From: an uncultured Planctomycetota bacterium
GTDB lineage: Bacteria > Planctomycetota > Planctomycetia > Isosphaerales > Isosphaeraceae
Length of the DNA stretch: 64,000 nucleotides
Direction: 5' to 3'
Assembly (NCBI GenBank): GCA_963845755.1
Contig: CAWJTV010000039.1
Coordinates: forward strand, 320,001 to 384,000
The notes beneath the pieces were generated by a model. It saw nothing but the letters and a program-made list of their open reading frames with translations. It had not been told where the DNA came from and did no database searches. Below, in pieces: positions 27,162-39,419 of this stretch. Position numbers and translations under genes: made by a program. Positions within the stretch are counted from its first letter, which is position 1; each line of letters begins with the position of its first letter.

Positions 27162-28151
27162 GACTTGGCACTTCGTCGGGTCACGACCTCGTAGTATTGG
27201 CTCGCAAGCTTTTGAATCTGTTCGGCCCCCAGGACTCCCGATGCAAGATGGGCTGGGATCGCCGAGTCCCCCAACCGGGCTCCCGATAGCGCCCCGACGA
27301 TCGCGCCGAGGGTGTCGACATCGCCTCCCAGGTGGATTGCTTCGGAGACGGCCGTTGGCCAGGAGGTTTGATGCTGGAGCACCACCCACAAGGCAGCCAG
27401 GACCGTGGGGACGACAAAGGGCGTGATGATCGGCCGCGAGAACTCGGGCTTCGAAGCCCCGGCCCATGCGATGGCATGAAGGGCCGTCTCCCTGTCCTCC
27501 TGGAGGCGCAACGGAAGGCCCTCGATCAGGTCGGCGAACGTCGCCGCGTAAGGCCGGATCGCATCGGCGATCGAGCGGCAGAACGAGCCTTCATCGAGCG
27601 TCTCGAGGGTGGCGAGCAACTGGGCGGCCTTCGCGATCGCGATGCCGCCGGCCACACTCCGCGGGTCCTGGTGCGTGATCCGCGAGACGTCGGCCACCGC
27701 CGCTGGCAGTCGCTCCGGCTCGCGGAGGAAATAGAGCCCGAGCGCCGCCGTCCGCATCGCCGTCCCATTCCCGGCCTGCCCGACCGGGGCGCCGCAGGTC
27801 GCCCAGTCGCCGGTCTTCAGGAAGGCATTCGCCGCGAATGTGCAAGCCCCTCCCGGCCCGACGACGGAGTGATGCTTCCACAGCGAGGCGATGGAACGGG
27901 CAATATCCGCGGGCGAGAGGTCCCTCTGTCGGACGATGGATTCGATCGTCGCAAGCGTGAGCTGCGTGTCGTCGGTGTACTGTCCGCGCGGGTATCCTTC
28001 GACCTCGGCAAATCCCCGGAGAAGTCGCCTTTCGGCCAGGCAACTGGTGCTCCCAGTAACCCTCGAACGGGGCGCCAAGGGCATCCCCGACGGCGCAGCC
28101 GAACAGACAACCCAGGAATCGGCTCTTCAGGTCGGAATAGGGTTCGGGCAT
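27158..28151 (-). CDS. ADP-ribosylglycohydrolase (DraG/ARH) family protein (frameshift near 28045)
   Basis: GCLFGCAVGDALGAPFE, YTDDTQLT, GNGTAMR, SRITH, GGDVDTLGAIVGAL. Confidence 0.9.
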
Positions 28152-28218
28152 GAACGACTCCTTGCCGGACCTGTCTGTGAGGCCTGGTTCTGGTCTTCCC
28201 CGGTCCCCCCCCGACTCC

Positions 28219-30737
28219 TCACTTCTCAAGGTCCCGATCCAGATACCCACCGATCCAGCTCGGGTCGGTATAGCCGTACCGCGTCATCACCCGGACAACC
28301 TCATCGCGATGCGCATTGAGGATCTCGACGGCTTCCACGAGCGCCTGGGGACGCAGCCGGAGCAACTCGTTCGTCAGGTAATGTCGGACTTGCTTTCCCT
28401 TCGGGTTGGACTCCCTCGTCATCAGGTCGAAGAGCGTTTTCGCCTTTTCGTCGCCTTCGAGCGATTGTCCGGATGCGATCGTCTTCGCGGCGGCCAGGAG
28501 TCCCTGGGGATCGTTGCTCGACCAGTCGAGGATCGCTGGATTCACGGCCAGCCGATGAACGACCACCTTTTCGGCTTTCCCGTCTCGGTCGTACTCGACG
28601 AGCAATCCATCGCCCCAGAGACGCGCCAGCCAGGGGACGTACCGAGAGACCCACCCCGGCGCCGCGGGCGGCGGGGGCTTGCTGCGATCGGGCGCGTCGA
28701 GCAGGGTCCGCAACGCCCAGGCGCGCGACGCCGCGACCGGGTCGGCGACCGTCGCCACTCGAGCGCCCCTGAGCTGGCTGGGCTCGCTGGCGTACCAGGG
28801 ACGCATCGCGAACAGGAGCCGCGTGAACGACGACGCCTTCGAGTCCTGGGTCAAGAGCCAGACATACGAGAACTGGTCCGTGTCCATCTCCGGGGGCTGG
28901 ATGTCTCCTCGGAATTCACCCAGGGTCTGTAGCTCCTGGAACGTGACGGGGAGGGTCTTGTCGTTGAGGAACCCGACGCGGGCATTCGGTGGAAGCTTAC
29001 GATTGAGGTCCTCGATCACCGGCCCATTGAATGCGTCGTACCAGTAGGTCAGCTCGAACCCGCGCTCCCAGGCCCCGCGCGGGCCTCCGATCAGCTCGTT
29101 GTAATACGACAGCTCATACGGATGGATCCGGATCAACGCGAGTGCCGCCGAGCCCAGCACCAGCCCTGCCAGGGCCGGTCGCGCCTGCCACGAGGAAATC
29201 CGGACGAACCGGGTCAAGTAATCAGCCAGCCAGACCGTCCCCCAACCCGCAAAGGCCGCCAGGAAGAAGAAGGTGGGCAGGAACAGCCGGACGCCGTCGT
29301 GGGCCGGGGTCGGGAACATCCGGATGACCGGCAGACTCAGGAAGTGGATGAAAAAGTAGAACGGGAGCCGGTCGCGACGAATCCTCCGGAGCCCCCAGAC
29401 GATCCCGATCATCCCCGCGCCGAGGATGGCGGCCGGGACCGTGATACCCATCAGCACGAACGCATTGTGCCACGGCAGGCTGAACTCATAGAGCTGCCCG
29501 AAATAGAGGATCTGGATGTCGGGGAGCGACCCGCGCCGGGCGGTGCTGAGCGTGTAATAGTGGGTCAGGCGAGGGAGCGTCTCGACCCACCAGGCGGGGT
29601 TGCCCAGCCAGCCGACCACGGGCCCGAAGGCCAGGATCGCCGTCACGGTCTCGAGCACCGGCCGCTCGACGCCCCAGACCTTGCTCCTGGGGAAGAATCG
29701 ACCCAGCAGGCGCCGGACGACCCAGACCAGGAGCGGGATCGCCAGGATGACCCCGGGCCAGTCGGCGACCGGCCGATGGATGAACAGGTTCGTAAACTGC
29801 GGAAGCGGGAACTGGCGTTGCAACAACTGGATCTGCTGGAACGCCAGGAAGAGCGGCGCCAGCATCGCGCCGGTCGTGAGGAGGCCATCGATCCAATCCG
29901 CCCGGGTCCTGCGTTGTACGCTGACCCGGCCGTCGATCCAGAGAAACAGCGGGAGCAGGACCATCACGGCGGCCATCTTCTCGACGAACGCCAGGCCCAG
30001 CAGGATGCCGACGGCCACGCGCCATCGCCGCGCGTTCGGCTCGTACAGCCCCTTCCAGAACGCCAGGGCCGTCGACGCCCAGAGCAGGAGGCCCGGCGTG
30101 TCGGTATCGATCAGATGCGCCTGACCATACAGCCGGGGCATGAACAACAGCGAGCCAGCCATGACCACGCCCACCCAGGTCCCGTAACGGCGGGCGAGGA
30201 AATGGAAGCCGATCGCGATCGTCAGGGCGAACTCGAGGACCGACGCCATCCGCCGCGCCGGGATGTCTTTCATCCAGTGGCCGAACAGCCCGTACGTGGC
30301 CAGGTTCAACTGGCCGGCCAGCGGCGGATGGAAATTGATCCCGTGCCGGCCGTAAGGCCAGTGATACAGGAGCGTCAAGGGGTCGAACAACTCCCGGAGT
30401 TGGTCCCGCGATCGGACGTGGACCAGTTGCTCCCACCACTGGATCGACATCAACTGACTGAATCGATAGGCCGGCTCATCCCAGGTCAGGCCGAAATCGC
30501 CGACCGTGGGAATCAGCGCGACCAGGGCCAGGACCAGAACTCCGAGCGTCGCCAGTCCCAGCGCCGGGGTGGTCGGGCCGGGAGCGCCTCCGACGATTCT
30601 CGATCCACCGTCGAGCCCCGGACGTCCGCGACCTCGGCCTCCCGCCGAGCGGACGAATCCGCGAGGCGAACCCCATCCGCGCCCGCGGTTGCACGCGGCT
30701 CGGACTCCCCGACCGTTGTGGCCTCGGTTTCGTGCAT
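28219..30737 (-). CDS. GT-C (GT39/ArnT-like) membrane glycosyltransferase (probable frameshift near 30550)
   Basis: GLTWDEPAY, FHPPLAG, HDGVRLFLP, HPYELSYYNELIGG, FELTYW; many TM helices. Confidence 0.8.
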
Positions 30738-30843
30738 GCTGGTGCATCCCGGTAACGGTTCGCCTCTCCCTCCGCTCAATTATCGAGATGCCTCCGCCTC
30801 GCGAGCAAGCCGTCCTTCCCCAACCCGGCAAGGGAGGTTGGTA

Positions 30844-30977
30844 GGGTGTTCTGCACGACTCACTTTCGGATTCTTGCTCCGTGTGCCAGATTGTCAGACG
30901 GGACAAGATCGTAGTATTCTTCTCTGTAATCTCTGTGTCTCTGTGGTGAATCTCTTTTGATCCGTTGCGGAGCACCC
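30844..30977. mobile_element. MITE-like element with 12-bp imperfect TIRs and internal 9-mer repeats
   Basis: gggtgttctgca ... tgcggagcaccc; internal ctctgtaatctctgtgtctctgtggtga is also seen at 6312-6339. Confidence 0.55.
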
Positions 30978-31038
30978 CACGACCACGGTTCCGCGAAAGG
31001 GACGAAACGAAACACCGGAGGCAGGCCACGCGGGCGGA

Positions 31039-31521
31039 TCAATCCGCGTGCCAGGCGCCGAGGAGACGGCGGACCGTGACCATCTGTCCCAGGTGATAGG
31101 CGTTGTGATCGGCCACGAGCAGGGCCTCGCGGAGGATCGTCTGGCCCTGGCCGTGGGGGATCGGTGCGAACAGGTCCGTCTTCGGGTCCGCGACCAGGTC
31201 CTTCATCGCCTGGAGGTCCGTCCGGAACGCCGCGACACTCCGGTCCCAGGCTCCCGGGTCGGGCGGGGCGTCGCCCTCGGGCCAGTAGCCGGCCGGGAAA
31301 TCGGGCGAGACATGCTTCGGATCGACGCTGAACCGGAGGATGTCCCACTGGGCGATTCGCATGTGTTCGAGCAGTCGCCACGGAGTGTGCGGCAATCCCG
31401 CGACCTGCGCACCGCGTAATCCCGCCGGGAGATCGGCGATCGCTGCCTCGAAATCCAGGTGGGCGTGCCCCCCATCGAGCAACTCGGTCAGATGTTGCCG
31501 GAGCGGGTCGATGGCCTTCAT
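31039..31521 (-). CDS. DinB family protein
   Basis: [40 protein letters not shown]. Confidence 0.9.
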   Translation of the reverse strand: MKAIDPLRQHLTELLDGGHAHLDFEAAIADLPAGLRGAQVAGLPHTPWRLLEHMRIAQWDILRFSVDPKHVSPDFPAGYWPEGDAPPDPGAWDRSVAAFRTDLQAMKDLVADPKTDLFAPIPHGQGQTILREALLVADHNAYHLGQMVTVRRLLGAWHAD

Positions 31522-31883
31522 CAGGGTCGTTCCTTTCGTAGAGCCTGCACCTTTCCGCGCGCACCGTCGATCCGAACGGACGGTAACCGAGGGACCCTCC
31601 TCATTATTGCCATCCATCGTATCCATCCGTTCCATTCGCCTCCAGTCCGGTAAGCGACCCCGGGGTCCTCCTCGAAGAGGTCAGCCCCGGATTCGCGGTC
31701 CCCGGCCCACGAAAACGGCCGGGAGATCGAGCCGAGGATCCGGGGAAAGTCAGACCATCGGCTTTCCACGACCCGGAGGATTTGCGACAATACGCCCGAT
31801 GTGACGCTGCTCCCGCTCGGGCTTCGGCACTGCGGCTGATCGATCCATCCGGGACGACGCCGTGCCCAAGGATTCTTCCCCCC

Positions 31884-34158
31884 ATGGCCGCCGATGCGAT
31901 CCGATGCCCGCGTTGCGGCGCCGAACGACCCGCGAATGCTCCGGAGGGCCTCTGCGCGCGCTGCCTGACGTCCCCTGCGGTGACCGGTAAGACGCTCGGC
32001 CCGGCCGACCTCGACGCCACGATCGCCCACGCCACAACGGACCCAGACCACTCGCCCGCGCCCACCCAGGCCGACTCCGACCCGCAGGCCACCCCCCCTG
32101 GCGAGATCCCCGACCTCCCGATCAATCGATCGCGCGACTCGGACGAGGACGCGGACAGCATCAGTGTTGACGACTTCGTGCGAGCCGTCGACGACCTCGG
32201 CCTGCTGGACGGCGCCGAGGCGACGGCGTTCCTGGCGCAGGATCGCGGGGGCGCAACCGCCGACCAATAGCCGGCAGCTCGGCCGCACGATGGTGTCGGC
32301 GGGATGGCTGACGAGCTATCAGGCCGGCGCGATCTGCCAGGGGAAGGCGAAAGGGCTGGTCATCGGTCGCTACATCGTGCTCGCCAAGCTCGGCGTCGGC
32401 GGCATGGGCAAGGTCTTCAAGGCCCGACATCGTCGACTCAAGCAGGTGGTCGCCCTCAAGATCTTGCCGCCTTCCCTCGCGGGAAACCCGGAGCTCGTCC
32501 AGCGGTTCCATCGCGAGGCCGAGGCGGCGGCGAAGCTGAACCACCGGAACATCGTCCGCGCGATCGACGCCGACGAGGCCGGCGGCATGCATTTCCTCGT
32601 CATGGAATTCGTGGAAGGGACCAACCTGAGCCGGCTCGTGAAGACGCAGGGCGTTCGATCGCCGTCAACGGCGCTCGACATGATGATCCAGGCCGCGCAG
32701 GGGCTCGCGGTCGCCCACGACGAGAGGATCGTGCACCGCGACATCAAGCCCTCCAATCTGATGATCGACGCCGCCGGAGTCGTGAAGATCCTCGACCTGG
32801 GCCTCGCCCGGCTGGACAACGAGCATTCTGAGGACGGCGGCGCGATCACGCTCTCGGGCACCTTGATGGGAACCGTCGATTATATGTCCCCGGAACAGGC
32901 GTTCGACCCCCGCCTCGCCGACGCCCGATCCGACATCTACAGCCTCGGCTGCACCCTCCATTACCTGCTCACGGCGAGCGCGCCCTATCGTGGGGCAAGC
33001 CTCATGCAGCGCCTGCTCGCCCATCGCGATCAGCCCGTGCCGAGCCTGCGGATGCGCCGACCTGACGTTCCGGCCGCCCTCGACGAATTGTTCTCGAAGA
33101 TGGTGGCAAAGGATCCGAAGGATCGTCCGAGCTCGATGAGGGACCTCGTCTACCGGCTCGAAGCCTGCATCGCCGCCGCGGGATCGTCTACGGCCCGAGT
33201 TCCTCGCCCGCTCATGGTCTTCGACGACGGCCGGCGCATCGACCCGCCGCCACCCTCGCCGGCCGAGATCTCCCAGGCGTCCGACGTGCACGTTGACCCC
33301 ATCCCCCTGCCTCCCCTCCCCACTGCCGACCTCGACAACCCGCGCAGCGGCTCGGGCATCCGGCTCGAAGATCATCATCAAAATATTTATGCAATTTATG
33401 AAGCCGACATCCTCGGATTTAGATCGTGGGTCGAGTTCGTGCGCTCTCGCGACGCCATGCCCACCGGCATCAGCGTTTTCGAGGACGGGCAACGCCCCAT
33501 GTTCGCCGCGATCGCCCTGCCGAATCGCAAGCGAGTGGCGTGGGACCTCATGATTCATTCCGAAATGTACCAATTCAATGTGTATTCGAACGCCATGGCG
33601 TCCCGCGGGTACCAGCTCGCGCTCTTCGACGCGTATCGGGTCGCCTCGCGAAGCGGGATCGTCAGCCACTTCCGCAAGACGGACGACACCATCGACCAGT
33701 CCCTCGGTCTCGATCTTCCCTCCGTTCGCGCCCGCCTGGAACGGATCGAAAGATTGGCGCAGCGCCTGGTCTATCTGGCGGGATATCCCACGCCGGAGGG
33801 GCGACGATTCGCGGTCTTCTCCTCGGGTTCGTCGCTACGTCCCCAGCGCCATGCCTACGAACTCAACTTCGACGCCCTCCAGGCCTTCGCCTCCCGCGCC
33901 CAGGCCGATGGCTACATGCCGATCTCTCTCACGGCGTCTCCCGTCGGCGAGACGACCTGCTTCTCGATCATCCTCGAAAAAGTGGCCGACCGCGGCTGCG
34001 ACCTGACCTTCGGCCTGACGCAAGAGGCCCTCGCGAGTGAATTCGACCGACGCGTCAGGCGCGGGTTTTCTCCGATCGTCCTCTGCGGCTTTACCCACGA
34101 GCAGTCCGTCCTCTACAACGTGGGCTGGATTCAAGGACGTTTGCCGAAGGGCGTGTAA
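31884..34158 (+). CDS. Ser/Thr protein kinase with N-terminal zinc ribbon and C-terminal tandem repeats (frameshift near 32260)
   Basis: CPRC...CARC; LGVGGMGKVF, VALK, HRDIKPSN, DLGLAR, GTVDYMSPEQ; C-terminal GY.......Y repeats resembling bacterial tandem repeat domain 1. Confidence 0.9.
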
Positions 34159-34181
34159 ACCCCGTTGTCCCTCCTCGCGGG

Positions 34182-35207
34182 TCAGGATGACGCCGCAACC
34201 CAGAGCGCATCCAGATATTCCTGAGTCTTGAGGGAAGCGTGGGCAGAGTCGGCCCGTCGGGCGGCATTGCCGGAAGCCGCCAGCTCGGCGAACTCCTCGA
34301 TCATGGCGACTTCCTGCGGGGTCTTCGACGGTGTCGGAACAAACGTCGTGTCCTTGCGCGTCGCCATCCCGGTCCGGTGGGTGTACCCGGCCTTCATCTC
34401 CGGATCCTTGAACGCGAAGCTGTTCTCCCAGTCCAGGACGAAATCGTCCATCCCGATGACGCCGGTGGTCCCCAGGAGTTGCAGGTCCATGATGATCGTA
34501 CTTGCGGTATAGCCGACGTCGAAGGTTGAGACCTGACCGCCCTCGAAAGCGATCAAGCCCGACGCACGGACCACCGCGTTGGTCCCGGGATCGCGCTCGG
34601 GAGCCGTGACGACTTTCGTGATTCGCCCTTCGGGCCGAAGATACTCGACCACCGCCCGCATCGAATACCACGCCATGTCCCCGAGCGCGGTCATCGGTTC
34701 CTGCTTCGGGTCAAAGCGGATGTTATCGCGATCCGCAAATGGAAAGTAGAAGGTCGTATGGAGGGATCGGGGCTCGCCGACTTTCTCCGCGCACGCCGCG
34801 CGGATGGCCGTCGTGCGGGGATGGTGGACGAAATGGGTTGCGTCCATGAACGCGACACCCTTGGCGGCGGCGGCCTGGGTCATCCGCAGGACGGAAGCCT
34901 GGTCCACGAACGGCTTGTCGACCAGGATATGCTTGCCGGCCCCGATCACCGCGAGAGCAATCGCTTCCTTTGCGACCGTGGGGGTCGCGATGTAGACGGC
35001 GTCAACGTCGTTGCGGGTGAGTAAGCCATCGATTCCTTGTACCGCCGCGGCCCCTTGGCGTTCGGCCGTGAAGCCCTGCGCGTTCTCGATTCGCCGGCTT
35101 GACACGGCTGTCAATCTCGCGTTTGCCGATCTGGCTATCGCGTCGGCGATAACGCCAGCAATCATGCCCGTTCCAACGATGCCGAATCCCAGTTGAAGCA
35201 TTTTCAT
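34182..35207 (-). CDS. Gfo/Idh/MocA family oxidoreductase
   Basis: FGIVGTGMIA, VDAVYIATP, AGKHILVDKP, ALGDMAWY. Confidence 0.9.
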   Translation of the reverse strand: MKMLQLGFGIVGTGMIAGVIADAIARSANARLTAVSSRRIENAQGFTAERQGAAAVQGIDGLLTRNDVDAVYIATPTVAKEAIALAVIGAGKHILVDKPFVDQASVLRMTQAAAAKGVAFMDATHFVHHPRTTAIRAACAEKVGEPRSLHTTFYFPFADRDNIRFDPKQEPMTALGDMAWYSMRAVVEYLRPEGRITKVVTAPERDPGTNAVVRASGLIAFEGGQVSTFDVGYTASTIIMDLQLLGTTGVIGMDDFVLDWENSFAFKDPEMKAGYTHRTGMATRKDTTFVPTPSKTPQEVAMIEEFAELAASGNAARRADSAHASLKTQEYLDALWVAASS

Positions 35208-35223
35208 TGATCCTTGGAACTCC

Positions 35224-35378
35224 TAACGCGGCCTCCGGCCGCAACCCAAGAGGGATTCCCGATTCGCGATTCCGGATTCCCGAAGGGGAATGATTCCGGA
35301 ATCCGGAATCGCGAATCCGGAATTCGGAATCCCCAGAGGCGCGCACGGCGCAGGGATCCTACGGAGGACGACTCTAGC
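35224..35378 (-). mobile_element. About 150-bp heptamer-array MITE-like element, copy A
   Basis: taacgcggcctccggccgcaacc...(GATTCCG/GGAATCC arrays)...ctacggaggacgactctag. Confidence 0.85.
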
Positions 35379-35640
35379 GAGGCTTTGCCTCCAACCAACT
35401 GACGCCTGTACAATCAACATCGTAGCCGTTCTGTTCCGGTTTACGCCATCAAGCGATAACCAACAGCGGTCCAGGACCATCTTGGTCCCAAACATCAAAC
35501 CCACCGCACGCGGGCAACCAGGAACGGAAACCGGCCACAAGGTACCCCCTCCGTCCAATGGGGAGTAGGTTTATGTGTTCAATCGTATCTTGACCCAAAA
35601 ACTTGACTCACCTGTGCCAAATTTTCCCCTTAAAGGGCTC

Positions 35641-35787
35641 TAACGCGGTCTCAGGCCGCAACCCAAGAGGGATTCCCGATTCCGGATTCCCGAAGGGGAA
35701 TGATTCCGGAATCCGGAATCGCGAATCCGGAATTCGGAATCCCCAGAGGCGCGCACGCCGCAGGGATCCTACGGAGGACGACTCTAA
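35641..35787 (-). mobile_element. About 150-bp heptamer-array MITE-like element, copy B
   Basis: Near-identical to copy A; bounded by TAA at both ends (TTA on the element strand). Confidence 0.85.
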
Positions 35788-35981
35788 TGGAGGCGATGGA
35801 GGGACCGCGCGAGCCGCCCCGGGACTGCCGTCAGCCCCCGTGCGGACGCGAGACCGGCCGAAGACCTAGCTGCCGACTCCCTTGGCCATTGACACCAAGG
35901 ACTCCCGCTCTTACCATTGACCGAGATCATCTCTGACAAATGTCGTGGAAACGGTGGCCGAGGAGGGGGAGGAGAAGTCCG

Positions 35982-37125
35982 ATGAATGTGCAACGACGGG
36001 CATCCGTGAGCCCGATCCGCTTCGGCCGGTCCTTCCTGCGATGTGGCCCCATCGTGGCGGTCTCGCTGCTCGCCGTGACTTGGGGAGGCATTGCAGGGCA
36101 GCCGCAGGCGAAGACCAAGGGCCCCGACGAGCCGCCCTCCCGAAGCCCCGGCGAACCGCTGGCCAGTGCCTTGTCGCTGACCAAGGCCCAGCAGTTCCTC
36201 GACGGCGAGACGCTCACCTGGCTGGGGGAGAGGAAATGCGCGAGTTGCCACACCGGCTATCCTTATCTCCTGGCTCGCACAGGCAGCGGAGACCCGGAGG
36301 CACCCGCCGAAGGCCAGGTCCGTAAGTTCTTCGAGGACCGCGTCGTGGCCTGGGACCGCGGCGGGAAAGGGGCCGGTTACCTGAAAGGCAAGGGGTCGCT
36401 GAAGGTCTCCGAGGGTGTGACCGAAGTCGTGGCCATCGCGGCCACACTCGCCCTGCACGACGCACAGACGACCGGCAAGCTCCACCCCCTGACCCGTCGG
36501 GCCCTGGACCGGATGTGGGAGCTCCAGCAGACGGACGGCTCTTGGACCTGGAACAAGACGGGATTGGCGCCGATGGAGTGCGATGATGAATTCGGGGCCA
36601 TCTATGCGGCGCTCGGGGCCGGGCACGCCCCGGACGCGTATGCCAGGGCCGACGCCGCGAAAGATGGGCTGGCCCGATTGCAGGGATACCTGCGCCGGAT
36701 TCCGAGGCCCAGCTTGCACCACAAGGCCTGGCTCTTGTGGGCGTCGATACCGCTGCAGGACCTGATGACTCCCGCCGAGCGCGCGCAGACGATCCAGGAC
36801 CTGTTGGACCGGCAGCGCGACGATGGCGGCTGGAGTCTCAAGTCGCTTGGCGATTGGAAACGCCTGGTCGCCAAGGCGAACGAGGAACCGGCCGAAAGCG
36901 ATGGATACGCGACCGGCTTGATCCTCTTCGTCCTGCGGCAGGCGGGCGTCCCGGCGACTCGGGAGCCGATGCGCCGCGGCGTGGACTGGCTCAAGACCCA
37001 CCAGCGCAGCTTCAGGATGCTGGTTTACTCGCTCAGTCCGCGCCGATGGTGAGCACCATATCGCCAATGCCGGGACAGCCTTCGCCCTGATGGCATTGAA
37101 AGCCTGTGGCGTCGTCGGCAAGTAG
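35982..37125 (+). CDS. Exported prenyltransferase/squalene-cyclase-repeat protein (frameshift near 37010)
   Basis: QW-type repeats LQQTDGSW, RQRDDGGW, THQR...W; CASCHT; SDGYATG; the tail continues in another frame to ...GTAFALMALKACGVVGK*. Confidence 0.75.
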
Positions 37126-37437
37126 GCCAGCGGTCGCTCCGGAGGAAAGACCGTCGCCCGAGCCCACCCCGGCGACCCGGCCGGCGCCCGGTCTTTACGC
37201 ACAGAAGTGGGACGGCTTCGAACCCCTTTACGCCACACTTGGGGAGGGGCTCGGGTAGATCGCAGCCCGGACGGGCGCCGGACCGTCGGCTCGATCATGA
37301 GGATTCCGTAGCCCGGGGAGGCGCTCAGCTCAACGACGCCCGTCCGTAGACCGGTGGCGCGGCCCGACGGCCGCTCGGGCGCGATCCCGGCCAGGTCCGC
37401 TTGAGAGCCTGGCATCGGCCCGATGCCGGCATCGGAC

Positions 37438-39144
37438 TCACCTGTCCCGTGGCACCCGATTGACTTGATATCGCGGGCCAGGCTTGAATCCGACCGGGCC
37501 GGGCTCCTCGCGCATCAGCCCGGTCAGCCGGTACATGTTCTCCAGATGCTTGTTCATCACCGCCTCGCCGGAGCCAACCTCGATCATTTTCGGGTTCGAC
37601 TGGTCCGCCCCGTAACCGCCCTGCGCCGCGGACTTGATGTCCGGCACGTAGCTCGGCCAGGTGCCCCCGTGCCACGTGTAGCCGAACAGGAACGGGTGCG
37701 CCACCTCCACCTTCTTCTTCCAGTCGATTTGGAGCTGGATGAACGGCTCGCCCGGAAACGTGGCGATCACAATGTCGTCGTTGATCAGGATGGTGGAAAA
37801 ATGGACGTCGAAGACCGCGTTCTTGTCGAAGCGGCCGGTAAACTTGAGGGAGTCGTTCATGTAGCGGATCGCCGTCTCTGTTCGGGCCGCCGGGCCCAAC
37901 GATCTGGCGAGCTTGATGGCTTCGTACGCGAGCAGGTCGCCGACCCTCTCGATGGTACTGTAGTCGGTCTGAAACGGGTCGTCCGGACCGGTCCGGCGCG
38001 AGCTGATGATCAGCGACTCGATGTTTCCCCCGGCGCCCTGGACGAAGAGGCAGTTCAGGCCGCCGCCGAACGCGTCCTCCACCTTCCTCGTGGCCGCCCC
38101 GGGGTAGTCGGCCGAGATGGCGTAGTTTTGGCAGACCACGTCGGCGTGGCAGGCGTAATTCATCACGATGGCGCGCGGCCGGCCTTGCTTGTCCTCGACC
38201 TTGATCACACCGACTTCCGGGTCGACCGGGCCGAAGGGGATCCGCTCGGGGTTCTCGGAAGTGTAGTGGTCGTCCCCGAACCAGGACTCGCGGGTGTGCC
38301 CGTCCTCCCGCACGACGAGACGATTGAACCCTAATTGGGGGAAGCTCCTGTGCCCGGCGGAGATCCGCGCCGGGAACATGTCCTTCATCGCGGCTTCGAC
38401 GACCTGGATGATCCGTCCCTCGACGAAGGTAGCATGATTTCGGCCAGGTCCCGAGTGCGTATGGGAGGAGCTGAGCACGAGATGCGAGATCCCGAACCGC
38501 TCCTTGCAGGCCGCGACCAGGCGATCGCTGGTATAGACGCCCAGGTCCACGGCGACGATGGCAACCCGCTCGCCGCCGACGTCAAGCACCAGGCTGCGGG
38601 CGTAGCATGTGTCGTGGACGGGCATCTTGACGTCGTCGGGTGTGATGGAGACCTTGGCGGTCCCGGCCCGGAGTTCGCCGGCGACGCTCATGCCGACGGA
38701 GACCGGCCTGCGGGACAGCCGATGCCTCTCAGTCAGGAAGGCGAGCCAGGCCTCCCGCTGCCGGGGCGGCCCGGGCGTGATGAACGCCAGATGGAACCCT
38801 CGCGCCAGTAGCTCGGCCTCGGCCGGCGGCTGATGATCCCGGTGGAGGTCGCGCCAGGACCACGGGTTGCCTTTGACCGGGCTCTTCGGGACGACCAGGA
38901 TGCACCGGGCCCGGCCGTCGCGACTGAGCTTGTCGTCCGTCGCCGCCTCTACAGGTTTGATGGCGAGGGTCTGCTCGTCCATCACGAAGTCGTAGCGGGC
39001 CGAGCCGTCCAGCCAGGCGGGTTTCGGTCTCTCGCTCGCGAGAGGCTCATCCGCCGCTTTCGCATCGATCGATGCCCACAGCATCGATACGAAGACAATC
39101 GCCACCATGCCGCGACATGCGTACTGGCCGATGTGTCCACACAT
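37438..39144 (-). CDS. Neutral/alkaline ceramidase-like protein with an N-terminal truncated alpha/beta-hydrolase-like region
   Basis: LRAGTAKVSITP, SHTHSGP, FNR, GPVDPEV, NYACH, ISADYPG, QGAGGNI, FPGEPF. Confidence 0.8.
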   Translation of the reverse strand: MCGHIGQYACRGMVAIVFVSMLWASIDAKAADEPLASERPKPAWLDGSARYDFVMDEQTLAIKPVEAATDDKLSRDGRARCILVVPKSPVKGNPWSWRDLHRDHQPPAEAELLARGFHLAFITPGPPRQREAWLAFLTERHRLSRRPVSVGMSVAGELRAGTAKVSITPDDVKMPVHDTCYARSLVLDVGGERVAIVAVDLGVYTSDRLVAACKERFGISHLVLSSSHTHSGPGRNHATFVEGRIIQVVEAAMKDMFPARISAGHRSFPQLGFNRLVVREDGHTRESWFGDDHYTSENPERIPFGPVDPEVGVIKVEDKQGRPRAIVMNYACHADVVCQNYAISADYPGAATRKVEDAFGGGLNCLFVQGAGGNIESLIISSRRTGPDDPFQTDYSTIERVGDLLAYEAIKLARSLGPAARTETAIRYMNDSLKFTGRFDKNAVFDVHFSTILINDDIVIATFPGEPFIQLQIDWKKKVEVAHPFLFGYTWHGGTWPSYVPDIKSAAQGGYGADQSNPKMIEVGSGEAVMNKHLENMYRLTGLMREEPGPVGFKPGPRYQVNRVPRDR

Positions 39145-39419
39145 CCAAAGAACTCCGCTACGATGAAAGGCTCGTTGGCCCGATGTGGCGCGACGATTCC
39201 CGACCGCGGGACGCTGGCGGTGATCGGGCCCCGCCGCATCCATGGAACTCGTGGACGGATTGAAAAGGCCTGGGCATCTGGAGCGGCTGGCCGTCAGGTG
39301 ATCGGTAGACGACTATACCCCCAAGCGGTCAATCTCTCAACGCGCCGGTCCGGCAGCCGCGCGTACTGGCTCGGCTTTCTCAGTGAATGCCATGCTGCTC
39401 TGAAACCTCTTCCAACGAG

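Noticed and set aside
35982..37125. True squalene-hopene cyclase (shc)
   Set aside because: Too short, exported, and lacks the DxDD catalytic motif.
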